A DNA stretch of 64,000 nt, taken from NCBI GenBank assembly GCA_040285825.1, contig JAUPSS010000003.1, positions 434,001 to 498,000 on the forward strand, given 5' to 3'. The notes under the pieces were generated by a model, which searched no databases, was not told where the DNA came from, and saw only the letters and a list, made by a program, of their open reading frames with translations. Shown here piece by piece: positions 13,605 through 24,406 of this stretch. Within the stretch, counting starts at the first letter, position 1; every line of letters starts with the position of its first letter. The position numbers and the translations under genes are program-made. The DNA comes from Eukaryota sp. TZLM1-RC (lineage: Eukaryota; Protista; Metamonada: BaSk clade).

Positions 13605-14882
13605 ATGCCAAAACGATCTGGAGGAAGACGCAGCAGTGGAGGTAGATCTCGTCGTTCTGGAGGCGGTATGCGTCGCTCAGGTGGGATGCGTCGTTCTGGA
13701 GGCGGTATGCGTCGCTCAGGTGGGATGCGTCACTCCGGCGGTTTTCACTCTGGTGGTGGTGGGTTTCATGTTGGTGGTGGCTCCTCCGCAGCAGGCTCTG
13801 GTGTTGTAGCTATTTTCATCATTGTTGTTGTGTTTGGAGCAATGTTTAGCTCCGATTCCTTCAGTGAGTCTGGCCACACAGTTATCCCTCGATCTACTCT
13901 CAATGTTGGTAGCTTTGGAGACACTGAATCCATCAGCTTTTCCGGAGCCGATGCTGTTGGGGCGGTTTACAAATGCTCATCAAATCCTGGACTCTCTTCT
14001 GGATACGTAACTTATACTACACCATCCCAAAGTCTCAGGGTTTCTTCTGAATACTATGAAGCCATTGAGTTTCATCTCAACCAAGGCTCTTATGCTTATG
14101 CTTATTTTTCCTCTCAGTCTTATGTAGAATTCTGGTACTTGCAAGGTAAGTCCACTTTTCGAAGATGGAGCAATTATGACAGTGTGAGCCCTCTTTATCA
14201 CTGTGTAGGCCACCATTGTCCCTCACCATCTCCTTCTTCTTTAATTACGGCTCCAACTAATGATTACTACTACTTTGTGTTTGATAATGATGGGTACTCT
14301 TCTTTTTCAACATCTCTCACAATGGAATTCCATCTCACTACACACAATGTTAATGAATGTCAACGTGTTTGTGAGTCTATTTCTGGCTGCACTGTCCATG
14401 GTAGCTCATCTGATGTGGTAATAGTCGCTGGTGATGAACATGGAGATACCACCACTGAATTTAGACTTGTTCGTGACGGTGCTGTGGATGGAGGGTCCAA
14501 TGCTTTAATCATTTTACTCGTTGTGGTTGTCGTAATTGTTATCGGGGCTTACTTTTTGATTAAGAAGTTTTATAAGAGTGATCCTCAACCTGAGGACAAG
14601 GTTGCTGCTAGATCTGATCCCGCACAAATTCCAGGGGTCAACCAAGGCCCTCCTCCCGGTGCCGTGTTACCTCCCAGTGCAATGCCTATGGCTCCTTCCG
14701 TGGCACCTCCTATTCAACCTAATCAGCCTAATCAACCTCTACCTCAATATCAACCAGATCCTCAACCTCCGCATTATATTGTCCCTGGAAGTGATCCTAG
14801 TATGTATGGTCAGCAATCAGGGTATGGTTCGCCAGCAGTACCTCCTTATGACCCTAATCAGAATATGTATCAAACTCAGTAG
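13605..14882 (+). CDS. Two-TM membrane protein with RSGG repeats, an APD1-4-middle-like domain and a Pro/Gln/Tyr-rich tail
   Basis: Intact 425-aa ORF; TM segments VVAIFIIVVVFGAMF and ALIILLVVVVVIVIGAYFLI; FHLNQGS...YYYFVFDN pattern (domain call from memory). Confidence 0.7.
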   Translation: MPKRSGGRRSSGGRSRRSGGGMRRSGGMRRSGGGMRRSGGMRHSGGFHSGGGGFHVGGGSSAAGSGVVAIFIIVVVFGAMFSSDSFSESGHTVIPRSTLNVGSFGDTESISFSGADAVGAVYKCSSNPGLSSGYVTYTTPSQSLRVSSEYYEAIEFHLNQGSYAYAYFSSQSYVEFWYLQGKSTFRRWSNYDSVSPLYHCVGHHCPSPSPSSLITAPTNDYYYFVFDNDGYSSFSTSLTMEFHLTTHNVNECQRVCESISGCTVHGSSSDVVIVAGDEHGDTTTEFRLVRDGAVDGGSNALIILLVVVVVIVIGAYFLIKKFYKSDPQPEDKVAARSDPAQIPGVNQGPPPGAVLPPSAMPMAPSVAPPIQPNQPNQPLPQYQPDPQPPHYIVPGSDPSMYGQQSGYGSPAVPPYDPNQNMYQTQ

Positions 14883-15241
14883 TTTTGTTAGAATGTATAT
14901 TTCGTTTTTAAATTTTTTCTGTTTTTTCTGTTTTTTTGGTCAATGTTGGCTTTGGGTCTATTCACATCATTAAAAACATTGTCATACACAACCACGATTC
15001 GAGCGTTTGTGGGGGCTTCTATTAGCTTTCTAGAACAGTATTGGGTCCTTTTTACAAATAATGCTTTGAAGTGGAGGATGTGCATTGTGTTAACAATGTA
15101 GTGATTGCATTTTAAATCATAAATCAAAGAAAGCGAACCATTTTGATAAGTCTGGTCACAGTAAATTTCATAATAATTTGGGATAGGAAGTTTGAGGTTA
15201 ACAAAAAAAATTCAAATTGAATTATGATCATGTTTCATTTT

Positions 15242-17071
15242 TTTTAAAAAACGTATTTATTGAATTTGTACACTTAATTAAATTAACTCATAACTAATGG
15301 GACGACTATCATTGAACCAAGATTTCCTCTACAAAATCTTGATCTGCTTGCTATCTAGCTAAAGCTTCTCTAATTCGATTGAAAAACCGAGGTAATCTAT
15401 TAATAATGGCAAATTGAATCCGTGAACGCCATAAAAAAACATCAAAACTTTTCATTGTTTTTTCTTGAACCATTTTTTGAAGTCATTCAAAAAAGTTTTT
15501 GCTTCTACTGATAGTCTTCCGTTTATCGAAAATGGGAAAGCAATAAAAACTAGTTGTGTATTTCTACCAGCATTAGCTTCTTCGATATCTTTGACATATT
15601 TTCTATGTTTCTCTTTTGCTTTAAATTCAAAAGCACTCACAGGATTAAATTTTCTTCTGTGAACCAAAGTATCATTTGCAACATTACATGAGACAAAGTC
15701 AACAATAGCTTCAGAATTATCAATCCAATCACAGTATACATCACCTCTATCATCAGAAGCAAAATTATTCAGAGAAAGTGTTTCCTTCAGCAGGGGCTCT
15801 TTGATACACGATATCCTTGCAGTTTGTGCCATATTGAAAACAGTGTCTCTAACAGCATCATGTAATGAAGAACGATAAGTTATCAATTTAGAGCAATTCA
15901 GAGCATGGCGCAAAGTGAGTTGAGGTGAATTCGAACAAATACATTTTTCTTTTGATAATAATTGATTAATGAAGATGTTCAAATATAATCTCATTTTTGT
16001 TACAAATGCTTCATTAGTGACACACAATCCAAATTTTCGTGGTACAATGGTTACAAAAAGTGAAGAATCTGACGACTTGTTTTCACAAACACCCTTTTCC
16101 AATAACAATGAGTGAAGATCTTGATTTAAAACTGCCGAGCTGCATATATTATTATAAAGATCTTTTTCATACATTCCAGTCAATCGTTTCTGTAATGTTC
16201 GAAGAGTGTACTTCAAATTTAAAACATTTTTTCTGGAATATTGCCATTGAATGATTGGGGAAAACATCGACCCCATTTTTCTACATCAATTCTTGAAATT
16301 TCTTCATTTAATGCAAAAACAGTGGAACTTTGCGTTGTCATCAATAAATCTTCCCAATCTGCAAATCTTTCGGAAAACTCAAAGATTGCATTTCTGCATC
16401 CACCAACAAAAGCACACGAGGTAAGAATAGAAGCCTTCGTCCACCCTAAACCACCATAATGTGGACTAAGGTAAGCATGATCTGGAATTTGAAACATTTT
16501 ACATCCCAGTAATTGAGACAGAACTTTTGCACGTAACTCATTAAACTTCTGAGCCAAAGGTCTAGTGACGAGAGGATTGGTAGATCGAAATATATGATTA
16601 AAATTGGAACTAAAACACAGTCTTATAATGGTAAATTTGATGTGTTTTTTTATATCTAAATTCATCATTCGGTCAATTTTGTCAGAAATTGAGTTCAACT
16701 TTTCAAACAATTGTTTGGTAATTTCATCATTATTTCCTAAAAACGAACCCAAATGACGAATAGCATCAATTGAATATAATTTGGCTTGAATTTCAATACC
16801 ATCAACTATTGTGGAAACTGGAGAATTCGATAACAAAACACATTTAAGTAAATTAAGTCGGAGACCAATTTTGGTAAATAATTCTTTAAAACATACAGTT
16901 GCTTGTTTCACAATATTTAAATCACCAATAAGCACAACATCATCCATATATGCAATCATTTTTAGTGAAGGAAACATCTCTTGAATTTGCAGTAAAATAG
17001 GATGAATGGACAAACAAGACAAAAGAGGTCCTAACGGATCTCCTTGCTTTACACCACTTGATGAACTCAAA
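15242..17071 (-). mobile_element. 5'-truncated CRE-like non-LTR retrotransposon (RT + RLE), frameshifted
   Basis: GVKQGDPLGPLL, AYMDD, GGLG; CIC...HALNC; HDAVRD; RGD...D...KHRKY; short poly(A); 12-bp TSD ATGTTTCATTTT at 15230-15241 and 17072-17083. Confidence 0.9.
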
Positions 17072-17176
17072 ATGTTTCATTTTAAATCTATTATGGATTT
17101 TTGGAACTTCAACAATTGCTTGACGTTGGTGGTGCACATTGACATAATGAGCACACTGGAGACAATAGTTGACCTA

Positions 17177-17331
17177 TGATGATCTGTGGGGGTTAGACAT
17201 TGAGTATACCTTAAATGTAATTTATTACCAGGGCATGAGGATTTCCCTTAACTTAAGCGCATGGGCGCAATAATACAATAACTATTAATAAACTATAAAT
17301 AAACTATTATAAATATTGTCCAAGGCTAACA
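17177..17331 (-). repeat. 3' LTR of element D; the pol stop codon lies inside it
   Basis: Direct repeat of 24383-24537. Confidence 0.95.
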
Positions 17332-20300
17332 CTGCCATTTCTTCTTTTCGAGCGTCGAGGCCTGATAGGAGTTGGATTAACATTATTGTTAATATTATCA
17401 GAACGACGTTTACGGCGTGAAGGACGAGAGCGAGTATTAGAAACAGACTTGGAGAATTTTTTATAGGCAGAGGTGTTTTGAACAGTCGAAACCAGCTCAG
17501 TGGTGATATGATTGCCAGGCCATTGGACTTGACAGTAATCACCATCCTGACTGAGGACTTTCTGGATCACGTGCTCTTCTGCATCGCCAGCAGCAACCCA
17601 GGAGTGAAATTCATCATCTACTGTTAAACTGGAATGCCAAGGTTGGAGGTGCTTCACACTGGCTTTAACAACCATACCAGTACACAGGTTCTTGATGTTA
17701 GCTGTGGAGGTAGAGGGTGTGTCGATAACTAAGAATGGTCCTTTGTAGTTACCATGTAACTTAGCAGTGGAAGACGAAGCTCGTTTGACCAATTGGCCAG
17801 GAGAGAAAGGGTTGGCTTCGATTTGGGAATCACGAGGAGGAGCCTTGGAAGCTTGACGGAGCTCTGCTTCCTCCTGTTTCTTCTTCAATCTGGCAAATTT
17901 GGATTGAATGTTGTTGATGTAGGTTGACTCAGACGTTGAGCTTTCGAGGGTCTCTATGATTTTGCCGGGGTCAGCTCTTGGGCTAAAATCTGAACCAAAC
18001 ATGAGCTCGTATGGAGAGTAACCTGTAATCGAACTCTTGGATGAGTTGATTAACAATTGTACATAGGGTATGTACTCTGACCATGCGTCGTAGGCGTTAA
18101 AATCTACGAGCAGCTTCCTCAAATTCTGCAAAATGTCACGGTGACGGCGTTCGACTAAACCGTTGGACTGAGAGAAGTGAGGGACGGACTTTGAGACCTC
18201 TATGCCCAAAAACTCACATAGAGCGTCGAAGACAGCTTTAGAGAACTCAGGACCGTTGTCACTATGGACTATGAACGGGATCCCGAATATCGCGCATACC
18301 TTCCATATGAGAGCGTCAGCGGTAAGGTTGGCGTTGAGTTCTTGGAGAGGGACTATGATAGTGAACCTCGTGAAGCTATCCACAAATACAAGAATGTATC
18401 TGTGGCCGTCTTGATCTTCTGGAAGAGGACCAATGACGTCGACGTTAACTCTTGCGAATGGTCTGTCAGCCCACAAGGAACCAGTTGTAGGGACATGCAG
18501 TTTGGGGACTGCTGCTGTCTTCTGACAGGAGGGGCATTCTTGGACGTGCTTGGTCATGTCTGAAAGCATGTTAGGCCACCAGTAGTCGCTGTTCTTGAGT
18601 CTGAGGAGACTTTCTGCCTTACTGGGGTGGCCACCTTGCGGGAGTCCATGTAGAAGGTTAAGCGTATCCTTAACCAGTGATTGAGGAATCACGATCTTGT
18701 GCTCTGGAGTCAGATAAAGATCTAGACGACTATCCAAAGTACAGTTGTTAAACGAGGTGTCCTGGTTAGCGAGGGCTCGCTTTTGTTCGGACCTGATCTT
18801 GCAGAGCCATGGCTCGAAGAGTGGAAGGTCATTGGAGCATTTGTCTTGAAGGATGAGCACCTTCTCAAATGTATGGAGATCTTCAACGAAGCATCTCTCT
18901 GACTCAGTTTCGTCAATCCTATTTGTGTAGTAGATAGGGTGAAACTCTTGGTCATTGGAATGGACCAGATGGTTGATGGTATGATTGTCTTGGGGCGGTA
19001 CTATCCTAGATAGCATGTCTGCCCAATGGTTCTCTTCCCCTTTAGTGTGAACGATGTCGAATAGGAACTCAGAAAAGATGGGAAGCCACCTTCTGACTAT
19101 TCTGTTTTTGTTCGGAGCGGTGAGCATGTAAGTAAGGTTTTGGTGATCTGTGAAAATGATCAGGCGCCTTCCTTTGAGGTAGTTCTCGAAGCCACTTTCG
19201 GTAAGCATGAGAAGGATAGCGTAAAGCTCTTTCTGTACCGTGGGCCAGTTCTGCTGGGAGTTAGTCAACAATCTGCTGAAGAAGCTGATTGGTCTACATT
19301 TCCTATTGAGTAAGGAAGTACCAGGGTCCTTAGTGGGTTCTATTTGTTCCCAAATCACGCCGCCAACTGCTATATCAGAGGCATCGCAACTAATTAGTAC
19401 TTGGTTATCCACCGGAGGTAAGTTTAGAGGCATATGCTCCGCGATCAGGCGTTTGATTTCGGCTAAATGGTGGTCGTGAGTGTCTTTCCACTGCAGGCGA
19501 CGTGGTTTGCCGTGTGTTAGTTTGATGATCGGAGCAACATGCTTGGTTACCTGGGGAAGCCATTCCCTAATGAAGTTGACTGAGCCGATAAGGCTACGGG
19601 CGTCTTTCACAGTCTTAGGTCTGGGAAGATTCAGTAAAGACTCTGTGCGTGTAGGATCTATGGTCCTGGTTTTGTGTTGGAATCTGCTACCAAGGATCTT
19701 TATTGGGTGTCTAGAGGACACAAAATGGCACTTGGGCAGTCCAAGGCTAACTCTACGGGTTCGAGCCTTCTCGAGGACACGTCTTAGACGTCCGAGGAAC
19801 TCGTTGAAAGTTCTACCTACTATAATGATGTCATCTATATAGATGAATACACCGTCTCCGGAGAAGATGTCTGCCATAACGTTCTGGAAAACCGCAGGAA
19901 CGTTCTTGAGGCCGAAAGCAGCACGTTTAAACATGATGCTTTTGCCAGGGATGCTTAAGGCAGTCTTCTCCCAGTCCTTTTCTGCAATCTTTAGTTGCCA
20001 AAAGGCTTTGGGGAGGTCAAGGGTACCGATGAAATTGGCTTCCGAAAGGAAGACTAGCACATCGGATATTCTGGGGAGATTAGGTTCAACGGGAATAGTG
20101 TTGGCGTTGACTCCGTCCTTGCCGCTGTAATCACCAGTAAGGCGAGGCTTACGATGATCAGGGTATACCACAAGACATACTGGAGAGCTGAACTCATGGT
20201 TCGATGGTACAGCAAATCCAGACTCGACGAGTTCATCGAAGATCTGTTCGGCGACTTTCTGCTTCTCGGGGTTTAACCTACGAGGGGGTCGTCTGACTCG

Positions 20301-23300
20301 AATACTTTCATCGTGAAAGTTGATCTCCATTGGAGGACAGTCAATCCCATCAGCATGCGGCTTAAGGGTGAATGTCTCTTCGAACTCTTTCAAGGTTAGA
20401 AGTAAGGTCTTCTTGTCGTTATCACAGTCGAGGTTAATAGTACAACCAGAAGACTGTATGTGCTCCAACCAACGTCTGGGGACGTTGACGACATCTGAGA
20501 CTTGGGAGATTCGATGGTCGAATTCAGCCTCAGGCAGAAGTAATGTATGATGTTCCTCATCCATCTTGATGAAGAGGCCTTCATCGTTCAATAAGCCTAG
20601 GTGATGCAACAGGTCTCTACCAATTAGTAACATATTGTTGCCAGGAATGATGGCCAAGCTATGTTTCACATGAACTAATTGGGTTACACTACCGAGTCTG
20701 AAGCTCAGTGTGCCTTCTGCTGATCCTAAAGACTTCGACATGATGTTGTTTGCAGACTTAAAGTTTATGCAATGGTTAGTCTTTACCATGTTGCATCTCT
20801 CTGCTAAATCAACAGTGATGACTGATATCGAAGCTCCAGAGTCGATGATCCCTTCTATTTCGCAGTTATTTATTGAAAATTTCAATTTTAAATTTTTGCG
20901 TGCGACATCTGATGTGCGAACCATGAAGATATCGCTGTGGGACTCTGAGTCTGGGTTCGAGTCGAACTCATGAATGAAACAGGGTTTATTTGGTGTTTCT
21001 ATCGTTGTAGTTGTTTTAAAATTCCGGGTAGTCAAAGGATTAGTTAAGCACTTAATCCACTGGTTGGAGACTGAGGTTTGTTTTATGTTTGGTGTTTTAC
21101 GTGCTGGAGAGCTGTCTTGCTCTATAGTAAACAAGGAACATTTGTTTGAACGTTGCTTTGATGAATTACCTGTTGGAGAGCTATCTTGCTCTATAGTAAA
21201 CATTGAATATTTATGGGAACGTTTATTACTACTAGAAGGGCCCTTGCCTCTTCCTCTACGTCTACCTCTGCCTCTACTACTACTATTACTACTACCCCTA
21301 GCCAAATATGCTCGAACGGCATCTGGGTTGGCTTCTCGCCATTGCTTGGATCGCTGGCAATCAGGGTCGGGACATTCGTTAATGGAGTGGCCTGGAAGAC
21401 CACAGAATCTACAGAGACCAGCTTTATCTCTTTCTTTCTTAATTTGCGACTTGCTCCTTTTGGTAAGTTGAGCAGGGGCGACGCTGGAACCCGCAGGCTT
21501 AAATTTGCCTATTCTTTTCTTGTCCTTTGGGTTTGCTCTAACATAGTGACCCATATGTTGTTGATAGCTGTCACTGATGTTGGCCCTTTGCTCGTCATAG
21601 GATCTTGCTGAACACCAACTCATGTATTCAGCAGCAAGGATGTCGACAAATTGTTGTAAAGTATGGTGTTGCCAAACATTGGGTGTGGACCATACTGTTC
21701 TCAGGTTGTCACTGATGGCCTGAATACCAACAGAATCGATCATATGGGTTGCAATTTCCCAGTTTTGAATACGCTGTAGAAAGTGTTGACCATACAAGGC
21801 ACGGTCGCTTGCCCTGACGTCAGAAATGGCAGTACTTCGTGAAACTGTTCTCATTAGCCTCACTGTGAAGTCGCCCCAGCGATTCGTAAAGTCCTGAATA
21901 TTCCAATTCATCTGGACTCTATATAACTGATTCCTCGCCGTTTCTAATGTACTATACTGGCTGAGGTGTAAAATTGATTCCCATATTTGCTCCTCATTGA
22001 TGTTGTCGATAGCTGAGATACTATCAGACATGGACGAAAACCTGCCTCGAGCTCTCAGAGCGGCCAAGCACTCTGGAGTAACACAGGAGGCGATCCTACG
22101 AGGGTCGACTTGAGCAGCAGCTCTGAATCGGTCCCACTCGTGGAGGGGGTTACCATATCTCTGATCGAGAGGGAGGTTCCGGTTTTCTCTGCTTATGGAT
22201 TGAGGAGTGGCAGGAGGACGAGAACGTTCCTCAAGTTGCCTTCTTAATTCAGACACTTCTCTTGCTAGTCTGACTTGAGTAGGATCAGATTCATTGATGT
22301 CTCTCTCTTCAATGGTCCTCTCAGTCCTAGCATACAGAATAAATCTGTCGATGAATTTCAAGATCCTTACTGGGTCAGAGATATCGTTGGCTTCCAGGGT
22401 GGGTTTTCTAGGACGACCACCTCTTTGTCTATCTCTATCTCTATCTTGTGAACTCGCCATAGCTTCCATCAGTAGAGTGTTGGAATACTGGGGAGCTATG
22501 GGAGTGTTAGAAGGAGTTACTCCTAGGAGCCTAGGGTCCTGGGAAGGAGTTGATGGATCCTGAGATTGGACAACTACAGGTTGTTGCATAGTTTCAACAG
22601 TGTCAGTAGTTGCCATTGGCTCATCTTGTTGTTGGTCATCTTGAGGCTCAATGCTCAAAGATGAGAAAACTGTGTCTGTCTCAACTGGGTCAGGCTCAGA
22701 AGTTCTCAATTCTACTGGGTCATGATCGCTCGGATAGTAACTTTGCACATTACCATCGACATTGACCCACAGAAGAGAACTAGAATTGGTGACACCAATG
22801 TTCTCCTGTACATTCATCAGGGCGTCCCTTAGTGGCCTATTCCTTCTATGCTCCGGACCAAAATATGACGCGCAATGGTCTGGTCTGCGGTCTTGAAGGT
22901 ACAATCTTTGGTAGTTCGTAGTGTAAGTGTACCACCATCCAGTCCTGAAGTCTCTATTGATATAAATATCAAGAGAGGCATTGTATCCAGGGCTAAACCT
23001 GGGGAAAGGACATGGGTTACATCGGTTGAGGAAGAGATTCAGCTCATCACCAGCGAAGATCCTCTGTACACCTTCACGAGGAGTTCTGAACCCTCCAACA
23101 GTATCCCGTTGAGGATAATTTGGAGGGGGGTCACAACGAACCGTAAGATTGTCTACTTCCTCCGTTGGGAAGTAGGGACCTATTCTTCTGCGGATCCTAA
23201 AGCCGTGATCATTAACCACTTCTGGACCCCAAAATGGGGGTAAAGCAGCAATGAGTTCATTGGGAGGAATCGATGCAGGATCTCCTAGCATTAACTCAAT

Positions 23301-23597
23301 ACCAGCATTGAGAACTAAGTTTTGAGCTTCAGTTCTCTGTTGGGTAGAGATGAAAGGAGAATCTGATTCCTGGGGTTGGCTTGGGGCTTGATAGGTGTTA
23401 GGCGGTGCAGCACTAAGCACCTGCCAAGCAGCAGGAACAGAAGAAACAACGTGACCTTGCTGAGGAGTCTGGCCAGAGGTTGGAGGGACATGAATTACTC
23501 CTCTAGTAGGAACTCCCGAAGGAGGAACAGATGGAGTTGAATGGACTTCTGTAGGAGCTACCGTAGTAGGAGCAGAAGTATCAGGAAGGCCTGCCAC
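17307..23597 (-). CDS. Gag-Pol polyprotein, main frame (2096 aa)
   Basis: CRFCGLPGHSINEC; IIDSGAS; LDLPKAFWQ, FGLKN, YIDD; CDASD, TDH; HHCC zinc finger, DDE core, GPF; chromodomain-like C-terminus. Confidence 0.95.
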   Translation of the reverse strand: MAGLPDTSAPTTVAPTEVHSTPSVPPSGVPTRGVIHVPPTSGQTPQQGHVVSSVPAAWQVLSAAPPNTYQAPSQPQESDSPFISTQQRTEAQNLVLNAGIELMLGDPASIPPNELIAALPPFWGPEVVNDHGFRIRRRIGPYFPTEEVDNLTVRCDPPPNYPQRDTVGGFRTPREGVQRIFAGDELNLFLNRCNPCPFPRFSPGYNASLDIYINRDFRTGWWYTYTTNYQRLYLQDRRPDHCASYFGPEHRRNRPLRDALMNVQENIGVTNSSSLLWVNVDGNVQSYYPSDHDPVELRTSEPDPVETDTVFSSLSIEPQDDQQQDEPMATTDTVETMQQPVVVQSQDPSTPSQDPRLLGVTPSNTPIAPQYSNTLLMEAMASSQDRDRDRQRGGRPRKPTLEANDISDPVRILKFIDRFILYARTERTIEERDINESDPTQVRLAREVSELRRQLEERSRPPATPQSISRENRNLPLDQRYGNPLHEWDRFRAAAQVDPRRIASCVTPECLAALRARGRFSSMSDSISAIDNINEEQIWESILHLSQYSTLETARNQLYRVQMNWNIQDFTNRWGDFTVRLMRTVSRSTAISDVRASDRALYGQHFLQRIQNWEIATHMIDSVGIQAISDNLRTVWSTPNVWQHHTLQQFVDILAAEYMSWCSARSYDEQRANISDSYQQHMGHYVRANPKDKKRIGKFKPAGSSVAPAQLTKRSKSQIKKERDKAGLCRFCGLPGHSINECPDPDCQRSKQWREANPDAVRAYLARGSSNSSSRGRGRRRGRGKGPSSSNKRSHKYSMFTIEQDSSPTGNSSKQRSNKCSLFTIEQDSSPARKTPNIKQTSVSNQWIKCLTNPLTTRNFKTTTTIETPNKPCFIHEFDSNPDSESHSDIFMVRTSDVARKNLKLKFSINNCEIEGIIDSGASISVITVDLAERCNMVKTNHCINFKSANNIMSKSLGSAEGTLSFRLGSVTQLVHVKHSLAIIPGNNMLLIGRDLLHHLGLLNDEGLFIKMDEEHHTLLLPEAEFDHRISQVSDVVNVPRRWLEHIQSSGCTINLDCDNDKKTLLLTLKEFEETFTLKPHADGIDCPPMEINFHDESIRVRRPPRRLNPEKQKVAEQIFDELVESGFAVPSNHEFSSPVCLVVYPDHRKPRLTGDYSGKDGVNANTIPVEPNLPRISDVLVFLSEANFIGTLDLPKAFWQLKIAEKDWEKTALSIPGKSIMFKRAAFGLKNVPAVFQNVMADIFSGDGVFIYIDDIIIVGRTFNEFLGRLRRVLEKARTRRVSLGLPKCHFVSSRHPIKILGSRFQHKTRTIDPTRTESLLNLPRPKTVKDARSLIGSVNFIREWLPQVTKHVAPIIKLTHGKPRRLQWKDTHDHHLAEIKRLIAEHMPLNLPPVDNQVLISCDASDIAVGGVIWEQIEPTKDPGTSLLNRKCRPISFFSRLLTNSQQNWPTVQKELYAILLMLTESGFENYLKGRRLIIFTDHQNLTYMLTAPNKNRIVRRWLPIFSEFLFDIVHTKGEENHWADMLSRIVPPQDNHTINHLVHSNDQEFHPIYYTNRIDETESERCFVEDLHTFEKVLILQDKCSNDLPLFEPWLCKIRSEQKRALANQDTSFNNCTLDSRLDLYLTPEHKIVIPQSLVKDTLNLLHGLPQGGHPSKAESLLRLKNSDYWWPNMLSDMTKHVQECPSCQKTAAVPKLHVPTTGSLWADRPFARVNVDVIGPLPEDQDGHRYILVFVDSFTRFTIIVPLQELNANLTADALIWKVCAIFGIPFIVHSDNGPEFSKAVFDALCEFLGIEVSKSVPHFSQSNGLVERRHRDILQNLRKLLVDFNAYDAWSEYIPYVQLLINSSKSSITGYSPYELMFGSDFSPRADPGKIIETLESSTSESTYINNIQSKFARLKKKQEEAELRQASKAPPRDSQIEANPFSPGQLVKRASSSTAKLHGNYKGPFLVIDTPSTSTANIKNLCTGMVVKASVKHLQPWHSSLTVDDEFHSWVAAGDAEEHVIQKVLSQDGDYCQVQWPGNHITTELVSTVQNTSAYKKFSKSVSNTRSRPSRRKRRSDNINNNVNPTPIRPRRSKRRNGSVSLGQYL

Positions 23598-24406
23598 AGG
23601 ACTTCTTGAGAAGGAGTAGTAGGATTTGGGCTACCAGCAGGGACTGCAGGAGGAGCTGGTTGTTGCGGAGGGCTGCTTTCCATAGGAACTTCCCTAGAAG
23701 GAATGGAAGGAGCTTGTTGTCCTTCCCCAGGAGCTTCCGTAGAAGAAGTAGAAGGAACTTGTTGTCCTTCCCCAGGAGCTTCCGTAGAAGAAGTGGAAGG
23801 AGCAACCGGAGCGCAAACAATAGATGAAGAGGAAGGCTCTACCCTCTTGAGCTTCAACAGCTCAGATATCTTGTTGCTAGCCGAGTCAGAGTCAGTCTGG
23901 TTGATGATATACTTCAGATATTCATCTAAAGTACTGAACTGTTCAGGACCTAAAAGGGAATCTTCAACCTCTCCTCCAGAACCAGGGGGAGGAGAAAGAG
24001 GTACAAAGTTTTTCACATTAGAGGGAGGAACAGGAAGACTGATAGGAACCACAGGAACGTCATCCGTAGATGGAGTGGAACCTTGACCCGAGGGTTGAGA
24101 GGAAGTATCACTTCTCTCGCCACCAGAGGGTTGTTCTGTTCCCAACTGAGGAGTTTGGGAGGAAGAACTTGTAACATTGGGTTGTGTAACAGAATCTCCG
24201 GAGGGAGGAGTTAACACAGGAGGAGGAGAAGCATTGCTTCCCTCGGACCCAGTTGACAAGGGTTGTTCTGGTCCCGACTGAGGAGTTCGGGAGGAAGAAC
24301 TCGAAGAGTGAGACGTAGGAGGATCAGTCCTAACAGTCTCGGAGTTGTCATTGGAACCACCCAAAGGTGATCCAATACGTATTGATGATCTGTGGGGGTT
24401 AGACAT
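23558..24406 (-). CDS. Ser/Pro-rich N-terminal part of element D Gag, separated from the main frame by a probable 1-nt deletion
   Basis: Starts MSNPHRSSIRIGS, like MSDNNQQPRPSIRIGS in element 1, where this region is continuous with the downstream gag. Confidence 0.8.
   Translation of the reverse strand: MSNPHRSSIRIGSPLGGSNDNSETVRTDPPTSHSSSSSSRTPQSGPEQPLSTGSEGSNASPPPVLTPPSGDSVTQPNVTSSSSQTPQLGTEQPSGGERSDTSSQPSGQGSTPSTDDVPVVPISLPVPPSNVKNFVPLSPPPGSGGEVEDSLLGPEQFSTLDEYLKYIINQTDSDSASNKISELLKLKRVEPSSSSIVCAPVAPSTSSTEAPGEGQQVPSTSSTEAPGEGQQAPSIPSREVPMESSPPQQPAPPAVPAGSPNPTTPSQEVLWQAFLILLLLLR

Noticed and set aside
23558-23597. Programmed ribosomal frameshift between the two element D ORFs
   Set aside because: No slippery heptamer. 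GAAGTCCTG looks like GAAGTTCCTG minus one base, and the equivalent region is a single frame in element 1.
18202-24086. Numerous + strand ORFs opposite gag-pol
   Set aside because: Antisense shadows of a long coding frame, with no independent motifs.
24355-24374. TGG-initiated tRNA primer-binding site 8 nt after the LTR
   Set aside because: Spacing is atypical, and the sequence after TGG is not conserved between sister elements (TGGATCACC vs TGGGTCGTC). Not formally excluded without the host tRNA set.
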